Part shown: positions 37,028-45,192 of the stretch, piece by piece
How positions within the stretch are numbered: position 1 is the first letter of the stretch
How the letters are laid out: each line of letters begins with the position of its first letter
Assembly: GCA_964351975.1 (NCBI GenBank)
Contig: CAYGPK010000007.1
Location: 3,504 to 67,503, forward strand
Reading direction: 5' to 3'
Length of the DNA: 64,000 nucleotides
Origin: an uncultured Methanosarcinales archaeon
GTDB lineage: Archaea > Nanobdellota > Nanobdellia > Woesearchaeales > UBA583
Program-made: the position numbers and the translations under genes
Notes under the pieces: model-generated
Told to the model about the DNA's origin: nothing
The model's input: the letters and a program-made list of their open reading frames with translations, nothing else
Database searches by the model: none

Positions 37028-38629
37028 ATGAGTTCAACTAACAAAGAATTAATATTAAGAGTTTCTAATTTTGAAAAATCTTTTGCTAATAAAGTACTAT
37101 TTGATAATACTAATTTATTAGTTCATAAGGGAGATAAAGTTACTTTACTAGGACAAAATGGTGTAGGTAAAACAACTTTTGTTAGATGTATTGAAGGTAT
37201 AAGTGATTATCTAGGAGAAATTGAAATTACATCAGGAACTACTTTTGCAATTATGGAACAGGAAAAAGTTTTTGATAATACTAAGAAAACCTTTACTAAT
37301 TATCTTAAAGATAAAAGAGATTTATTATTAGAGAAACAAGCTGTATTTGAAGAAAAATTTGCAGATCCAAAAGTTTACGAAGACACAATTTCATATGAAA
37401 AATTACTAGAAGAATATACTGCTATTCAATCTAGAGCTGAAACAAATATTGATGAAGTTAAAATTAAAACTATTTTAGATGAGTTAGAATTTGAAATGTC
37501 TGATTATGAAAAAACTATTTATTCCTTAAGTGGAGGTCAAAAGATAAAGTTGAGATTAGCTGAAGTTTTAAGTCGAGGTGCAGAGTTTATTATTTTAGAT
37601 GAGCCTACAAATCATTTAGACTTTAAATCAATTAGTTGGTTAGAAAATTGGATTAATAAGAGTGACAGTACTTTTTTAGTTATCTCACACGATAGACATT
37701 TTGTGAATAATATATCAAATAAACTTGTTGAAATTGAAGATTCTAAATTTCAAGTTTATGATTGTACATATAATAATTATAGAATTCGTAGAAAAAACAG
37801 ACATGAGGCTTTGAAAAATAAATTTACATCTGTTGAAAGAGAGAAAAAAAGATTAAAAAAATCAGAGGAAGAAAAAAGAAAATGGGCTCATCTAGTTGGT
37901 TCTAAAAAGATGAAAATTCAAGCTGATAATATTAAACGTAGATCTGATAATTTAGGAGAACATTCTAATCCTGACGAGTTTAATGAGAATTTCGAATTAA
38001 ATTTTTTAGCTGGAGATTTTTCGGGTGATAATGTTTATAAAGCAGAGTCTTTATCTAAGAAATTTAAAGATTTAGAAATTCTAAATAACCTTTCATTTAC
38101 AGTTTTAAATAAAGATAGGATAGTGATACTTGGTAAGAACGGTTGTGGTAAATCTACGCTACTTAAAATATTTGCTTTAAAAGATGAAAGTTATTCCGGT
38201 AAGTTAACAGTTGGAAATGGATTAAAAATAGGTTACTTAGATCAAGAGTTTAAAGATTTAGATCCAAAACAAACTGTAATGGATTTTTTGTGGGAAGCTG
38301 ATCAAAAATTAATGGAACATCACATTATCTCTTATTTAATTAAATTTGGTTTTGAATTTTCAAGAATTAACGACAAAATTGAAAAATTAAGTGGTGGTGA
38401 AAAAACTAGAATTTCATTAGTTAAATTAATGCTATCTAAATTTGATGTATTATTACTTGATGAACCTACAAATAATTTAGACATTGAGTTAATTGAATCT
38501 CTAGAGAATGCTTTAAACAATTATCAAGGAACTATAATATTTATCAGTCATGATAGAAGATTTATACATAGAGTTGCTAAAAAGATATATATGATAAAAG
38601 GTAAGTCTATAGATTATAGAGATAATTAA
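37028..38629 (+). CDS. ABC-F family ATPase (two ABC cassettes, no TM domain)
   Basis: Two Walker A (GQNGVGKTT, GKNGCGKST), two signatures (LSGGQKIKLRLA, LSGGEKTRISLV), two Walker B (ILDEPTNHLD, LLDEPTNNLD), and a basic linker. Start placed at MSSTNKE. Confidence 0.85.
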   Translation: MSSTNKELILRVSNFEKSFANKVLFDNTNLLVHKGDKVTLLGQNGVGKTTFVRCIEGISDYLGEIEITSGTTFAIMEQEKVFDNTKKTFTNYLKDKRDLLLEKQAVFEEKFADPKVYEDTISYEKLLEEYTAIQSRAETNIDEVKIKTILDELEFEMSDYEKTIYSLSGGQKIKLRLAEVLSRGAEFIILDEPTNHLDFKSISWLENWINKSDSTFLVISHDRHFVNNISNKLVEIEDSKFQVYDCTYNNYRIRRKNRHEALKNKFTSVEREKKRLKKSEEEKRKWAHLVGSKKMKIQADNIKRRSDNLGEHSNPDEFNENFELNFLAGDFSGDNVYKAESLSKKFKDLEILNNLSFTVLNKDRIVILGKNGCGKSTLLKIFALKDESYSGKLTVGNGLKIGYLDQEFKDLDPKQTVMDFLWEADQKLMEHHIISYLIKFGFEFSRINDKIEKLSGGEKTRISLVKLMLSKFDVLLLDEPTNNLDIELIESLENALNNYQGTIIFISHDRRFIHRVAKKIYMIKGKSIDYRDN

Positions 38630-39225
38630 TTTATAACTTCAGATACAAAATATCCTTCTTTTACAATAATTGATTCTCCAGAATCGCTAACAAAAGTTCC
38701 TTCAAAATTTCCAACAACTTTTCCATCATAATTAGAGCCTAGCATTGTTCCAACTTCTGTTAATTCTATTGTTGCATCTCCTTTATCTTTATCAGCAACA
38801 TATCTAACTCCATTAAAAGTAAACCAAACATCAACTAATCTGTAACTATTTGGTCCCTCACCTGCTTTATAAGTTCCAATTTCATTTGGAAGCATTCTTA
38901 GTTGAATCTTAGTACTATCAGGTGCTGTTATTGTCATAAAATCTGCAACTGGTGTTTGTGCTAGTAGAGGAGCTTTATCATATACAAATAGTTCTGAATC
39001 TACTTTAAATGACATTCCATTTCCTTCAAAACTACTTTGAGATGCTGGAGTTGTTTTTATATCTTCTTCATTTATAATTCCCCTCTCAACTAAATCTTGT
39101 TCTTCTGGAATATATTGTTCAATATTCTCATTGTTTTGAGCACTTTGTTGAATCTCATTTTGAGTTGAACAACTAGCAAACAAAATTCCTAGCATTAGTA
39201 ATATAATTAAATTTAATTTTTTCAT
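38626..39225 (-). CDS. Secreted protein with lipobox-like signal (FASCST)
   Basis: Signal peptide plus Cys. No known domain. Confidence 0.55.
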   Translation of the reverse strand: MKKLNLIILLMLGILFASCSTQNEIQQSAQNNENIEQYIPEEQDLVERGIINEEDIKTTPASQSSFEGNGMSFKVDSELFVYDKAPLLAQTPVADFMTITAPDSTKIQLRMLPNEIGTYKAGEGPNSYRLVDVWFTFNGVRYVADKDKGDATIELTEVGTMLGSNYDGKVVGNFEGTFVSDSGESIIVKEGYFVSEVIN

Positions 39226-39282
39226 TGTGATATAATTTTAAGCTTAGGATTTATAAATTTTCTTAACTTGAATAAATTCAAA

Positions 39283-39297
39283 AAGGTTGGATTTGAA
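39283..39297 (-). repeat. 15-nt copy of the tRNA-iMet T-loop/acceptor 3' segment (att-like remnant, distal)
   Basis: AAGGTTGGATTTGAA is identical to 39497-39511. Confidence 0.7.
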
Positions 39298-39400
39298 ATA
39301 CTTGGCTCTGCCAAGTAACCAAGAATTACGAAGTAATTGTTGAGATCAACGGAGTTGGGAAAATACAAACTGAGCTAAAATAATTTTTGAAAAAAATTAA

Positions 39401-39421
39401 TAATAGCGAAGGTTGGATTTG
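39401..39421 (-). repeat. 21-nt copy of the tRNA-iMet 3' end plus 3 flanking nt (att-like remnant, proximal)
   Basis: TAATAGCGAAGGTTGGATTTG is identical to 39489-39509. Confidence 0.8.
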
Positions 39422-39491
39422 TTCTCAAGAATTTTTTAGAAGTTTTATTGAAATTCTTGGTACCCTAAGGGAACCAAGGTTCAAATCTTAA

Positions 39492-39566
39492 TAGCGAAGG
39501 TTGGATTTGAACCAACGGCCTTCGGGTTATGAGCCCGACGAGCACTCCTAACTGCTCCACTTCGCT
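39492..39566 (-). tRNA. Initiator tRNA-Met (anticodon CAT), 75 nt, no intron, no encoded CCA
   Basis: The reverse complement AGCGAAGTGGAGCAGTTAGGAGTGCTCGTCGGGCTCATAACCCGAAGGCCGTTGGTTCAAATCCAACCTTCGCTA folds as a cloverleaf. Acceptor AGCGAAG/CTTCGCT, D stem GAGC/GCTC, anticodon stem TCGGG/CCCGA with loop CTCATAA, T arm GTTGG-TTCAAAT-CCAAC. A1:U72 and three G:C pairs next to the anticodon loop are initiator hallmarks. Confidence 0.85.
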
Positions 39567-39585
39567 GTAATAAAAATAAAAAAAT

Positions 39586-39954
39586 TTATTTTAAAATAAT
39601 TGGTTCTCCTTTTGGAGACTTAGAAATGTAATCTTTAATCTCAACAAATGTTGAACCAGCTTTTGTAATTTTTAACTTTGCACTCTCTGATGCACTAAAT
39701 GCAACGATAGTTAATTTCTTAGATAAAATTCCATCACCTAATACTTTTCCAGGAATAACAATAGTCTCCCCGCTCTTAGCTTCTTTCTCAATTTTTGATA
39801 AATTAACTTGTGCTCTTTGACTCGCAGAGCCTGCTAATTTAGCAGCAACTGCTTTCCAAGCGTTAATTTCAGTTTTAGCTGATAACTTTCGTAAATCATT
39901 GATAGTATCAAATAAAACTTTGTTTGTTGTTTTTGTTTTTGGAATACTCGCCAT
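39586..39954 (-). CDS. rpl18e: 50S ribosomal protein L18e
   Basis: QVNLSKIEKEAKSGETIVIPGKVLGDG.LSKKLTIVAFSASESAKLKITKAG matches the archaeal L18e pattern (VNLSKI...VVVPGKVLG.G.L.HKVTVAA..FS..A..KI..AGG). About 120 aa. Confidence 0.9.
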   Translation of the reverse strand: MASIPKTKTTNKVLFDTINDLRKLSAKTEINAWKAVAAKLAGSASQRAQVNLSKIEKEAKSGETIVIPGKVLGDGILSKKLTIVAFSASESAKLKITKAGSTFVEIKDYISKSPKGEPIILK

Positions 39955-39979
39955 TGTACTTAAAAGAAACTAAATCCGA

Positions 39980-39987
39980 TTTATAAA
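39980..39987 (-). promoter_or_regulatory. TATA box (TTTATAAA) for rpl18e
   Basis: 25 nt upstream of the ATG at 39954. A second TATAAACGTT copy follows 14 nt away. Confidence 0.5.
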
Positions 39988-40094
39988 CGTTTTCTATAAA
40001 CGTTATACCTGAACTATTTGAACCTAGTTCAAATGCGGCAAGAATCTTTGATTGTTACCGGAAGTAAAACGAAGTGTCTTGTATAAAGATTACC

Positions 40095-40808
40095 TCAATT
40101 AGAAACTTTACATCTAACTTGCAATTCATCAAATTCTATCTCTGCAAATCCAGCAACATTACCACCATTCTCATTAATTATTCTAATTCTATGATATGTA
40201 TAAGAAGTAGAAATATCAATATTTGTTATACTTAAGACTAAACCTGCTGAATCTGTTGAATCAATATCTCCTAAATCAACCCAAGTAGAATTATTATCTG
40301 AACCTTGTAAAGTTAAATTAACGATATTGCTTCCTGTAACAAAACCATCATCACTTAAAGAAGTGGCAGTAACTGAAGAAATTATTTTATTAGTTCCCCA
40401 ATACTTTCCTACATAACCCTCAACAGGTAGACCCCAATAAGTTCCAGTTGTACTTCCTTGTGGAGTTACTCCATCAAATACTCTATCTGACCTTGCAACT
40501 GCGTTAGTAAATTGACTCCCAGTAATTGTTAAATCCATAGTTGAATTAGTGGAAATATCAACATATTCACTAGGGCAAGTACCTGTTGCAAGCTCAATAA
40601 TAGTATTATTAGTTAATATGTTACTAACGCCGAAAACTTGTCCTGAAAAATTAACTGACCCATTAAATTCATAATCACCTTGAAAAGTTCCAGGAATTAT
40701 TTCTGAGGTTGTATGAAAACCAACTGCGAAGACAATACCTAAAAATAAACTTATTACTAGAAGAAATCCAAACCCAAATTTGATTCCATTTAAGAAACTT
40801 TTATCCAT
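40095..40808 (-). CDS. Membrane-anchored surface protein with C-terminal discoidin/galactose-binding-like domain; paralog of 50823-51320 at the N-terminus
   Basis: N-terminus MDKSFLNGIKFGFGFLLVISLFLGIVFAVGFHTTSEIIPGTFQGDYEFNGSVNF. The C-terminal part (YWGTNK...STWVDLG...YHRIRIINENGGNVAGFAEIEF) resembles F5/8 type C. Confidence 0.55.
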   Translation of the reverse strand: MDKSFLNGIKFGFGFLLVISLFLGIVFAVGFHTTSEIIPGTFQGDYEFNGSVNFSGQVFGVSNILTNNTIIELATGTCPSEYVDISTNSTMDLTITGSQFTNAVARSDRVFDGVTPQGSTTGTYWGLPVEGYVGKYWGTNKIISSVTATSLSDDGFVTGSNIVNLTLQGSDNNSTWVDLGDIDSTDSAGLVLSITNIDISTSYTYHRIRIINENGGNVAGFAEIEFDELQVRCKVSN

Positions 40809-40870
40809 TATATATTTTATTTTAAATTACTTATATAAATATGTTTTTACTTTAAATTAATATTAAGCCT

Positions 40871-41119
40871 TTATTTATCAACTCTAAACATACTTTGATT
40901 ACCATTGAAACAAGTACAACCACAAGTTGTTTTAACTGCTGTAAATGTATAAACTTTAGAATTTTGCTCTAAACAAATATTACTACATTTATCAAAACAA
41001 GTAAGACCAAATTTTCCAATTTTAGATTCATCCTCTCTATTTAAAATTAGAAGTAAAGAAGAAACTAGCAAAATTATAATAATTAAAATCCCAATTATCT
41101 TGTGAGTTTTAAGCTTCAT
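40871..41119 (-). CDS. Small membrane-anchored Cys-rich protein (82 aa)
   Basis: TM anchor followed by 7 cysteines (CFDKCSNIC...CGCTC). Confidence 0.45.
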   Translation of the reverse strand: MKLKTHKIIGILIIIILLVSSLLLILNREDESKIGKFGLTCFDKCSNICLEQNSKVYTFTAVKTTCGCTCFNGNQSMFRVDK

Positions 41120-41160
41120 AATAGAATTAGATTTAATTTATTTAAAATACTTATTAAAAA

Positions 41161-41472
41161 TTAATTTTTTTCAATGAAGTTCTTAATATTTTCATATTCA
41201 GTATTACCAAATTCCATTTCAACTACCTTCCCATTACTAAAGGATACAAAAGTTGGATACATCTCAACTTGGAAATTCTCCATAACTTTAGGAATATCAT
41301 CTCTATTAACTTCTGCAATTATCTTTTTAGGAAACATAGAACTAAACTCAATAAGCCAAGGCATAGCTTTAGCACAATAATTACATCCATTTCTATGAAT
41401 CATAACAATTGAATGATCTTTCATTATAATATCTTTAAATTCTTTATCTGATTTTATCTTAATAACTTCCAT
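41161..41472 (-). CDS. Thioredoxin-fold protein
   Basis: About 100 aa with the active site NGCNYC and MYPTFV (cis-Pro region). TTTATAAA at 41494-41501 lies 21 nt upstream. Confidence 0.8.
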   Translation of the reverse strand: MEVIKIKSDKEFKDIIMKDHSIVMIHRNGCNYCAKAMPWLIEFSSMFPKKIIAEVNRDDIPKVMENFQVEMYPTFVSFSNGKVVEMEFGNTEYENIKNFIEKN

Positions 41473-41554
41473 ATTATATCTTAAAATAGGTAATTTATAA
41501 ACTAAATGTTTAGGTTCTTATGTTCTAAAAATTAGCACACTTTTAAACTGAAAT

Positions 41555-41665
41555 TTAAGTGTATTGTTTCTTTTCCATGTTTTTAAGCATGCCTTCAACA
41601 AATCTTTTATTTGTTTTTTCTTCTTCTGTCATTTCAGCTTCGTCTAGTTTTTTAGGTAGTATCAT
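41555..41665 (-). CDS. Possible micro-protein (36 aa)
   Basis: MILPKKLDEAEMTEEEKTNKRFVEGMLKNMEKKQYT, with TATATAAAG about 23 nt upstream on the minus strand. Coding status is unproven. Confidence 0.3.
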   Translation of the reverse strand: MILPKKLDEAEMTEEEKTNKRFVEGMLKNMEKKQYT

Positions 41666-41872
41666 TTTAATATATATTTAATTTTTATCTTTATATAATG
41701 TTCTATAAAAAAGAAAGAGTAACAGAAAAAGGGGTTAAAAAAAGAATTTTCGCACTTATTTAAAATAGAAGTCTTTTTAAATAGAGTATAATTAATAATA
41801 TCTATCAGAAAGGACATTTACGAGATTATTATAAATTCAAGTTTACCTATATTCTGAATACAAGTTTACAAA

Positions 41873-42112
41873 ATGGAAGGAAAAATTAAATGGTTTAAGA
41901 GAGAGAAAGGATACGGTTTTGTTACTGGATCTGACGGCAAAGATTACTTTGTACACTACAGTGCGCTTCCTCAAGATATGGAAGATGTACGAGAATCAGA
42001 TAACATGGAAGTTACTTTTGAAGTTAAAGATACTGATAGAGGAACTCAAGCAACTGATATTAAATTTACAAAAGATGAAGCATCATCAGATGAAGATTCT
42101 GATAAAGAATAA
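41873..42112 (+). CDS. Cold-shock domain protein (CspA family) with acidic C-terminal tail
   Basis: GKIKWFKREKGYGFV (RNP1) and DYFVHYSAL (RNP2). Confidence 0.9.
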   Translation: MEGKIKWFKREKGYGFVTGSDGKDYFVHYSALPQDMEDVRESDNMEVTFEVKDTDRGTQATDIKFTKDEASSDEDSDKE

Positions 42113-42183
42113 ATTTCTTTATTTTTACAAAATACACAATTCTAAATAAATAAGCTTATAAATACATAAATTAAGAATATTCT

Positions 42184-42465
42184 ATGAAAAACAGAGCAAT
42201 AAGTTTGAAACAAAGATTTCCAATTGAAGGTTTGAAGTGGATTCCATACTTAATAGGATGGATTTTAGGAGTATTTTTTACTCCTTTTTGGATTATATTA
42301 TTAATAGTTGGGTTTCTAAGTAACGATAAACATCAATTTATTGACGTTGGACTTCATAATACTGTATATATTTGGGGTATCTTTTGTATTGGGATGATAT
42401 TATTTATGGTTATCTTTGCATCAATTTTTATGGCAATAACTGCAAGTAGTGTTGTAATAGGATAA
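42184..42465 (+). CDS. Small membrane protein
   Basis: Three hydrophobic segments. Confidence 0.45.
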   Translation: MKNRAISLKQRFPIEGLKWIPYLIGWILGVFFTPFWIILLIVGFLSNDKHQFIDVGLHNTVYIWGIFCIGMILFMVIFASIFMAITASSVVIG

Positions 42466-42467
42466 AT

Positions 42468-42848
42468 TTATTTAAAATTCATTCTAACAATACATTTTTC
42501 AATTAAAATTCTTAAAACTTCAAATTCTCCAATAGTTAAATTCTTAGATGCATCTCCAATTTTAATATTAAAACTCTTTTCAGATTTATTACACCAAATT
42601 TGTGTTTTAACATCTTTAAAAGAGTGAAAAAATGAACATTTACTCTCCTCTTTATTTAAAACATTAACAATATCACCAAGCTCAGTATCAGACATTTTAA
42701 CTTTCTTCCAATTCCAAACCTCTTTAGAATCCTTTAATCCTAAATGAAAATAAACTTCACCCTCAGTATTCATAAGAACCTTAAGACAGTTGATTTTCCC
42801 AAAAAATGCTTTATTTAAAATAAATTTTGTTTCTTTTTTCCCTAACAT
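42468..42848 (-). CDS. Hypothetical protein (126 aa)
   Basis: ORF only. Weak internal two-repeat pattern. Confidence 0.45.
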   Translation of the reverse strand: MLGKKETKFILNKAFFGKINCLKVLMNTEGEVYFHLGLKDSKEVWNWKKVKMSDTELGDIVNVLNKEESKCSFFHSFKDVKTQIWCNKSEKSFNIKIGDASKNLTIGEFEVLRILIEKCIVRMNFK

Positions 42849-42888
42849 AGATATATATCAATTTAATGTTTTATAAAATTTAGTAAAA

Positions 42889-43050
42889 TTATTTTTCAGA
42901 AAATGAATTTATAATTGAACAAATTCCAATTGTAATTAAAATTGTTGGCCAAAAATTATCCCAAACCAAAGTTATAGGGGTTATATTTTCAATAAATATA
43001 AGTAAACCTATATTTATCAAAACTATTGGAAATGTTTTAACTCTCTTCAT
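42889..43050 (-). CDS. Small 2-TM protein (53 aa, LiaF-N/DUF5668-like), below the ORF-track cutoff
   Basis: MKRVKTFPIVLINIGLLIFIENITPITLVWDNFWPTILITIGICSIINSFSEK. The ATG is 1 nt after the stop of the upstream LiaF-like gene, and GGAGA lies about 14 nt upstream. Confidence 0.4.
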   Translation of the reverse strand: MKRVKTFPIVLINIGLLIFIENITPITLVWDNFWPTILITIGICSIINSFSEK

Positions 43051-43051
43051 T

Positions 43052-43939
43052 TTAATAAAATTCTCCATTTATAGAGGATACTCCACTACTAACTTTAATA
43101 TTAATAAATTCTTTAGAACTATTAAAATCTTCGCTAAAATATTTATTACCTATTTTACTAAAATTTTGAAAATTTAAACTTGAAGCACCACTATCACTTT
43201 CGACTCTTATTCCAATATCATTTGGAAAATGAAAATTAATTTGTGAAGCGCCAGTACTAATATCAATATTAATTGGTTTGTCTCCTAAATATACCTCAGT
43301 ATGAGATGCACCTGAGTTAATAATCAACTCTTTAACATTTAAATTTCTTAAATCTAAAGTTCCATCAACTGCGCCATAATTTAAATTTAAAGTTGAATTA
43401 GGTTTAGAGTTAATTTCAATATCTAAATTAGAAGTTTGTTTGTCAAGTAAAAATAATTCATTTAATTCAAAGTGACCATTTTCTTCAATTTTAACTATTG
43501 TAATATTTTCTTTATTATTTACTTCAAAATCCAATCTCTTGGAAAAAGTAGTTTGTGAATTCACTTTAACTAAATTTTCAGAGTTTTCTATATTTTTCAA
43601 AGTTAATTTAGATCCACCAATTGAAATATCATAATAAACATTATTTTGATTTGAATATGGATATACAAACTCTTCAACTTTAAGTTCATTTACTTCTAAA
43701 TGTGTAGGTACAATCATAGTAAACACTCCAATGATTATTGATAAAATTAATATTAAAAAACCAGACTTTCTCTGTTTGAAAAATATTAATGAACCAGAAA
43801 GGATTAAACCAATTGGCCAAAATAAACTAAGATTTTCAAGAAAAGTTAAATTAGTTATAATATTCAAATTTTCTAATATTAATAATAATCCAAATAATGA
43901 TATTACAATACCAAATATTAATTTTCCTATATGTTTCAT
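43052..43939 (-). CDS. LiaF-like protein: N-terminal TM region plus repetitive beta-strand C-terminal domain (DUF4097/DUF2154-like)
   Basis: N-terminal TM pattern LLLILENLNII...LFWPIGLILSG, then a repetitive beta-rich region. It overlaps the PspC gene by 4 nt. Confidence 0.5.
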   Translation of the reverse strand: MKHIGKLIFGIVISLFGLLLILENLNIITNLTFLENLSLFWPIGLILSGSLIFFKQRKSGFLILILSIIIGVFTMIVPTHLEVNELKVEEFVYPYSNQNNVYYDISIGGSKLTLKNIENSENLVKVNSQTTFSKRLDFEVNNKENITIVKIEENGHFELNELFLLDKQTSNLDIEINSKPNSTLNLNYGAVDGTLDLRNLNVKELIINSGASHTEVYLGDKPINIDISTGASQINFHFPNDIGIRVESDSGASSLNFQNFSKIGNKYFSEDFNSSKEFINIKVSSGVSSINGEFY

Positions 43940-44412
43940 TTTCTAAGTAATAATAAAACTCCTAATCCAATTATTAAAAAGCTCCAAAAAATTTGTGTAT
44001 TAATCCAACCAAATGTATTTTTAAGTAAAAAGAGCATTCCTAAGATTATAAGAATTCCACCAATAACAATATGACTTGATCTTTCTTTCTTTTTAACTAT
44101 ATGAGAATCTTTGTTGTGAGTTTTAATAGTTTCTTGAAATTCAGAAACTTTTTCTTGAACAACAGTTTTCTTATTATTAGTTTGTTTGGGATTTTCAGGG
44201 ACTAATATCCAAAGAATAATATATGCTAAAACTCCAACCCCATTTAAAAATACTGAAACTATTCCAATTAATCTAACCCATACTGGATCAATTTCAAAGT
44301 ATTCAGCAATACCACCACAAACACCTGCGATGACCTTATCTTCTTTTGAACGATATAACCTTTTAATAGGTTCGTTTATTTTGACACTCTTTTTAATTTT
44401 TTGTTTTGCCAT
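43936..44412 (-). CDS. PspC-domain membrane protein
   Basis: RLYRSKEDKVIAGVCGGIAEYFEIDPVWVRLIGIV is the canonical PspC domain. Confidence 0.8.
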   Translation of the reverse strand: MAKQKIKKSVKINEPIKRLYRSKEDKVIAGVCGGIAEYFEIDPVWVRLIGIVSVFLNGVGVLAYIILWILVPENPKQTNNKKTVVQEKVSEFQETIKTHNKDSHIVKKKERSSHIVIGGILIILGMLFLLKNTFGWINTQIFWSFLIIGLGVLLLLRK

Positions 44413-44509
44413 AGATATGTTTATTCTTTTACCTTTATAAATAAAAAGAAGGAATAATATAGAGGATTACTCCATAAATCTTTTTAAATAGACAAAACCA
44501 ATATTTATT

Positions 44510-45187
44510 ATGATTGAGAATCTATTTCTAGAAATTGAAACTATTATTAAATATATTATGTTTCTTATTGTAATATTCATTTCAGGATATATATATGTTA
44601 AATCAATAAAATTATATAAATTAAGTAATTATGAAGGACTTAAAATTTTTGGTTTAGCATTTTTATATTTTGCACTAGGATTTTTATTTAGTTTTTTTAT
44701 TTTTCTTATTGATTTTTTAGGAATTGATTATAGTATTAACTCCAAAATAAATTTTCTTTACTTTCTATTTTATTATTTTATTTCAATGGCTGGACTAATG
44801 CTTGTATACAGCTTAGTTTGGAAAGATTTTCAAAATAAAATTAATTCTAGTATTGGAAATATCTTAACTAAAAAATATTTATTATTAAATATAATTGGCC
44901 TAATAATTGCTTCAGTTTCTTTATTTAGACCCGTAGTTATGTTTCTAATTATGTTAATTCTACTTCTATATTCTATAATATTAAGTTACTCAAATTACAC
45001 TCAAAGCAAATTAAACACTAAGAATAATTTTTCTCAAATTTATTTTATAACTGTTGTTTTAACATTTTTAGGATATTTATCTAATTTTTTACTTGGGTTT
45101 TTTCCATATCTGAAAATTTACGTTTATATTGCAACAATAATTGTATTTCTATCTTTCTTCTATGGAACTTTAAAATTAGAAAAATAA
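44510..45187 (+). CDS. Polytopic membrane protein
   Basis: Hydrophobicity only. Confidence 0.5.
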   Translation: MIENLFLEIETIIKYIMFLIVIFISGYIYVKSIKLYKLSNYEGLKIFGLAFLYFALGFLFSFFIFLIDFLGIDYSINSKINFLYFLFYYFISMAGLMLVYSLVWKDFQNKINSSIGNILTKKYLLLNIIGLIIASVSLFRPVVMFLIMLILLLYSIILSYSNYTQSKLNTKNNFSQIYFITVVLTFLGYLSNFLLGFFPYLKIYVYIATIIVFLSFFYGTLKLEK

Positions 45188-45192
45188 TATAA

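Noticed and set aside
39298-39488. Hairpin-containing spacers between the tRNA repeats read as additional tRNA, split-tRNA half or intron-containing tRNA genes
   Set aside because: I could not build a cloverleaf on either strand. Only the T-loop/acceptor 3' segment is duplicated, and no matching 5' halves or leader complements are seen.
35150-39566. The region between 35.1 kb and tRNA-iMet (lipoprotein genes, topoisomerase IB, ABC-F) read as an intact integrated element
   Set aside because: By eye I found no distal copy of the tRNA core near 35.0-35.9 kb, and there are no integrase, replication or capsid genes. Only the short proximal scars are supported.
41919-42149. 76-aa ORF overlapping the cold-shock gene in another frame
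   Set aside because: The Csp frame has unmistakable RNP1/RNP2 motifs. The alternative frame is low complexity.
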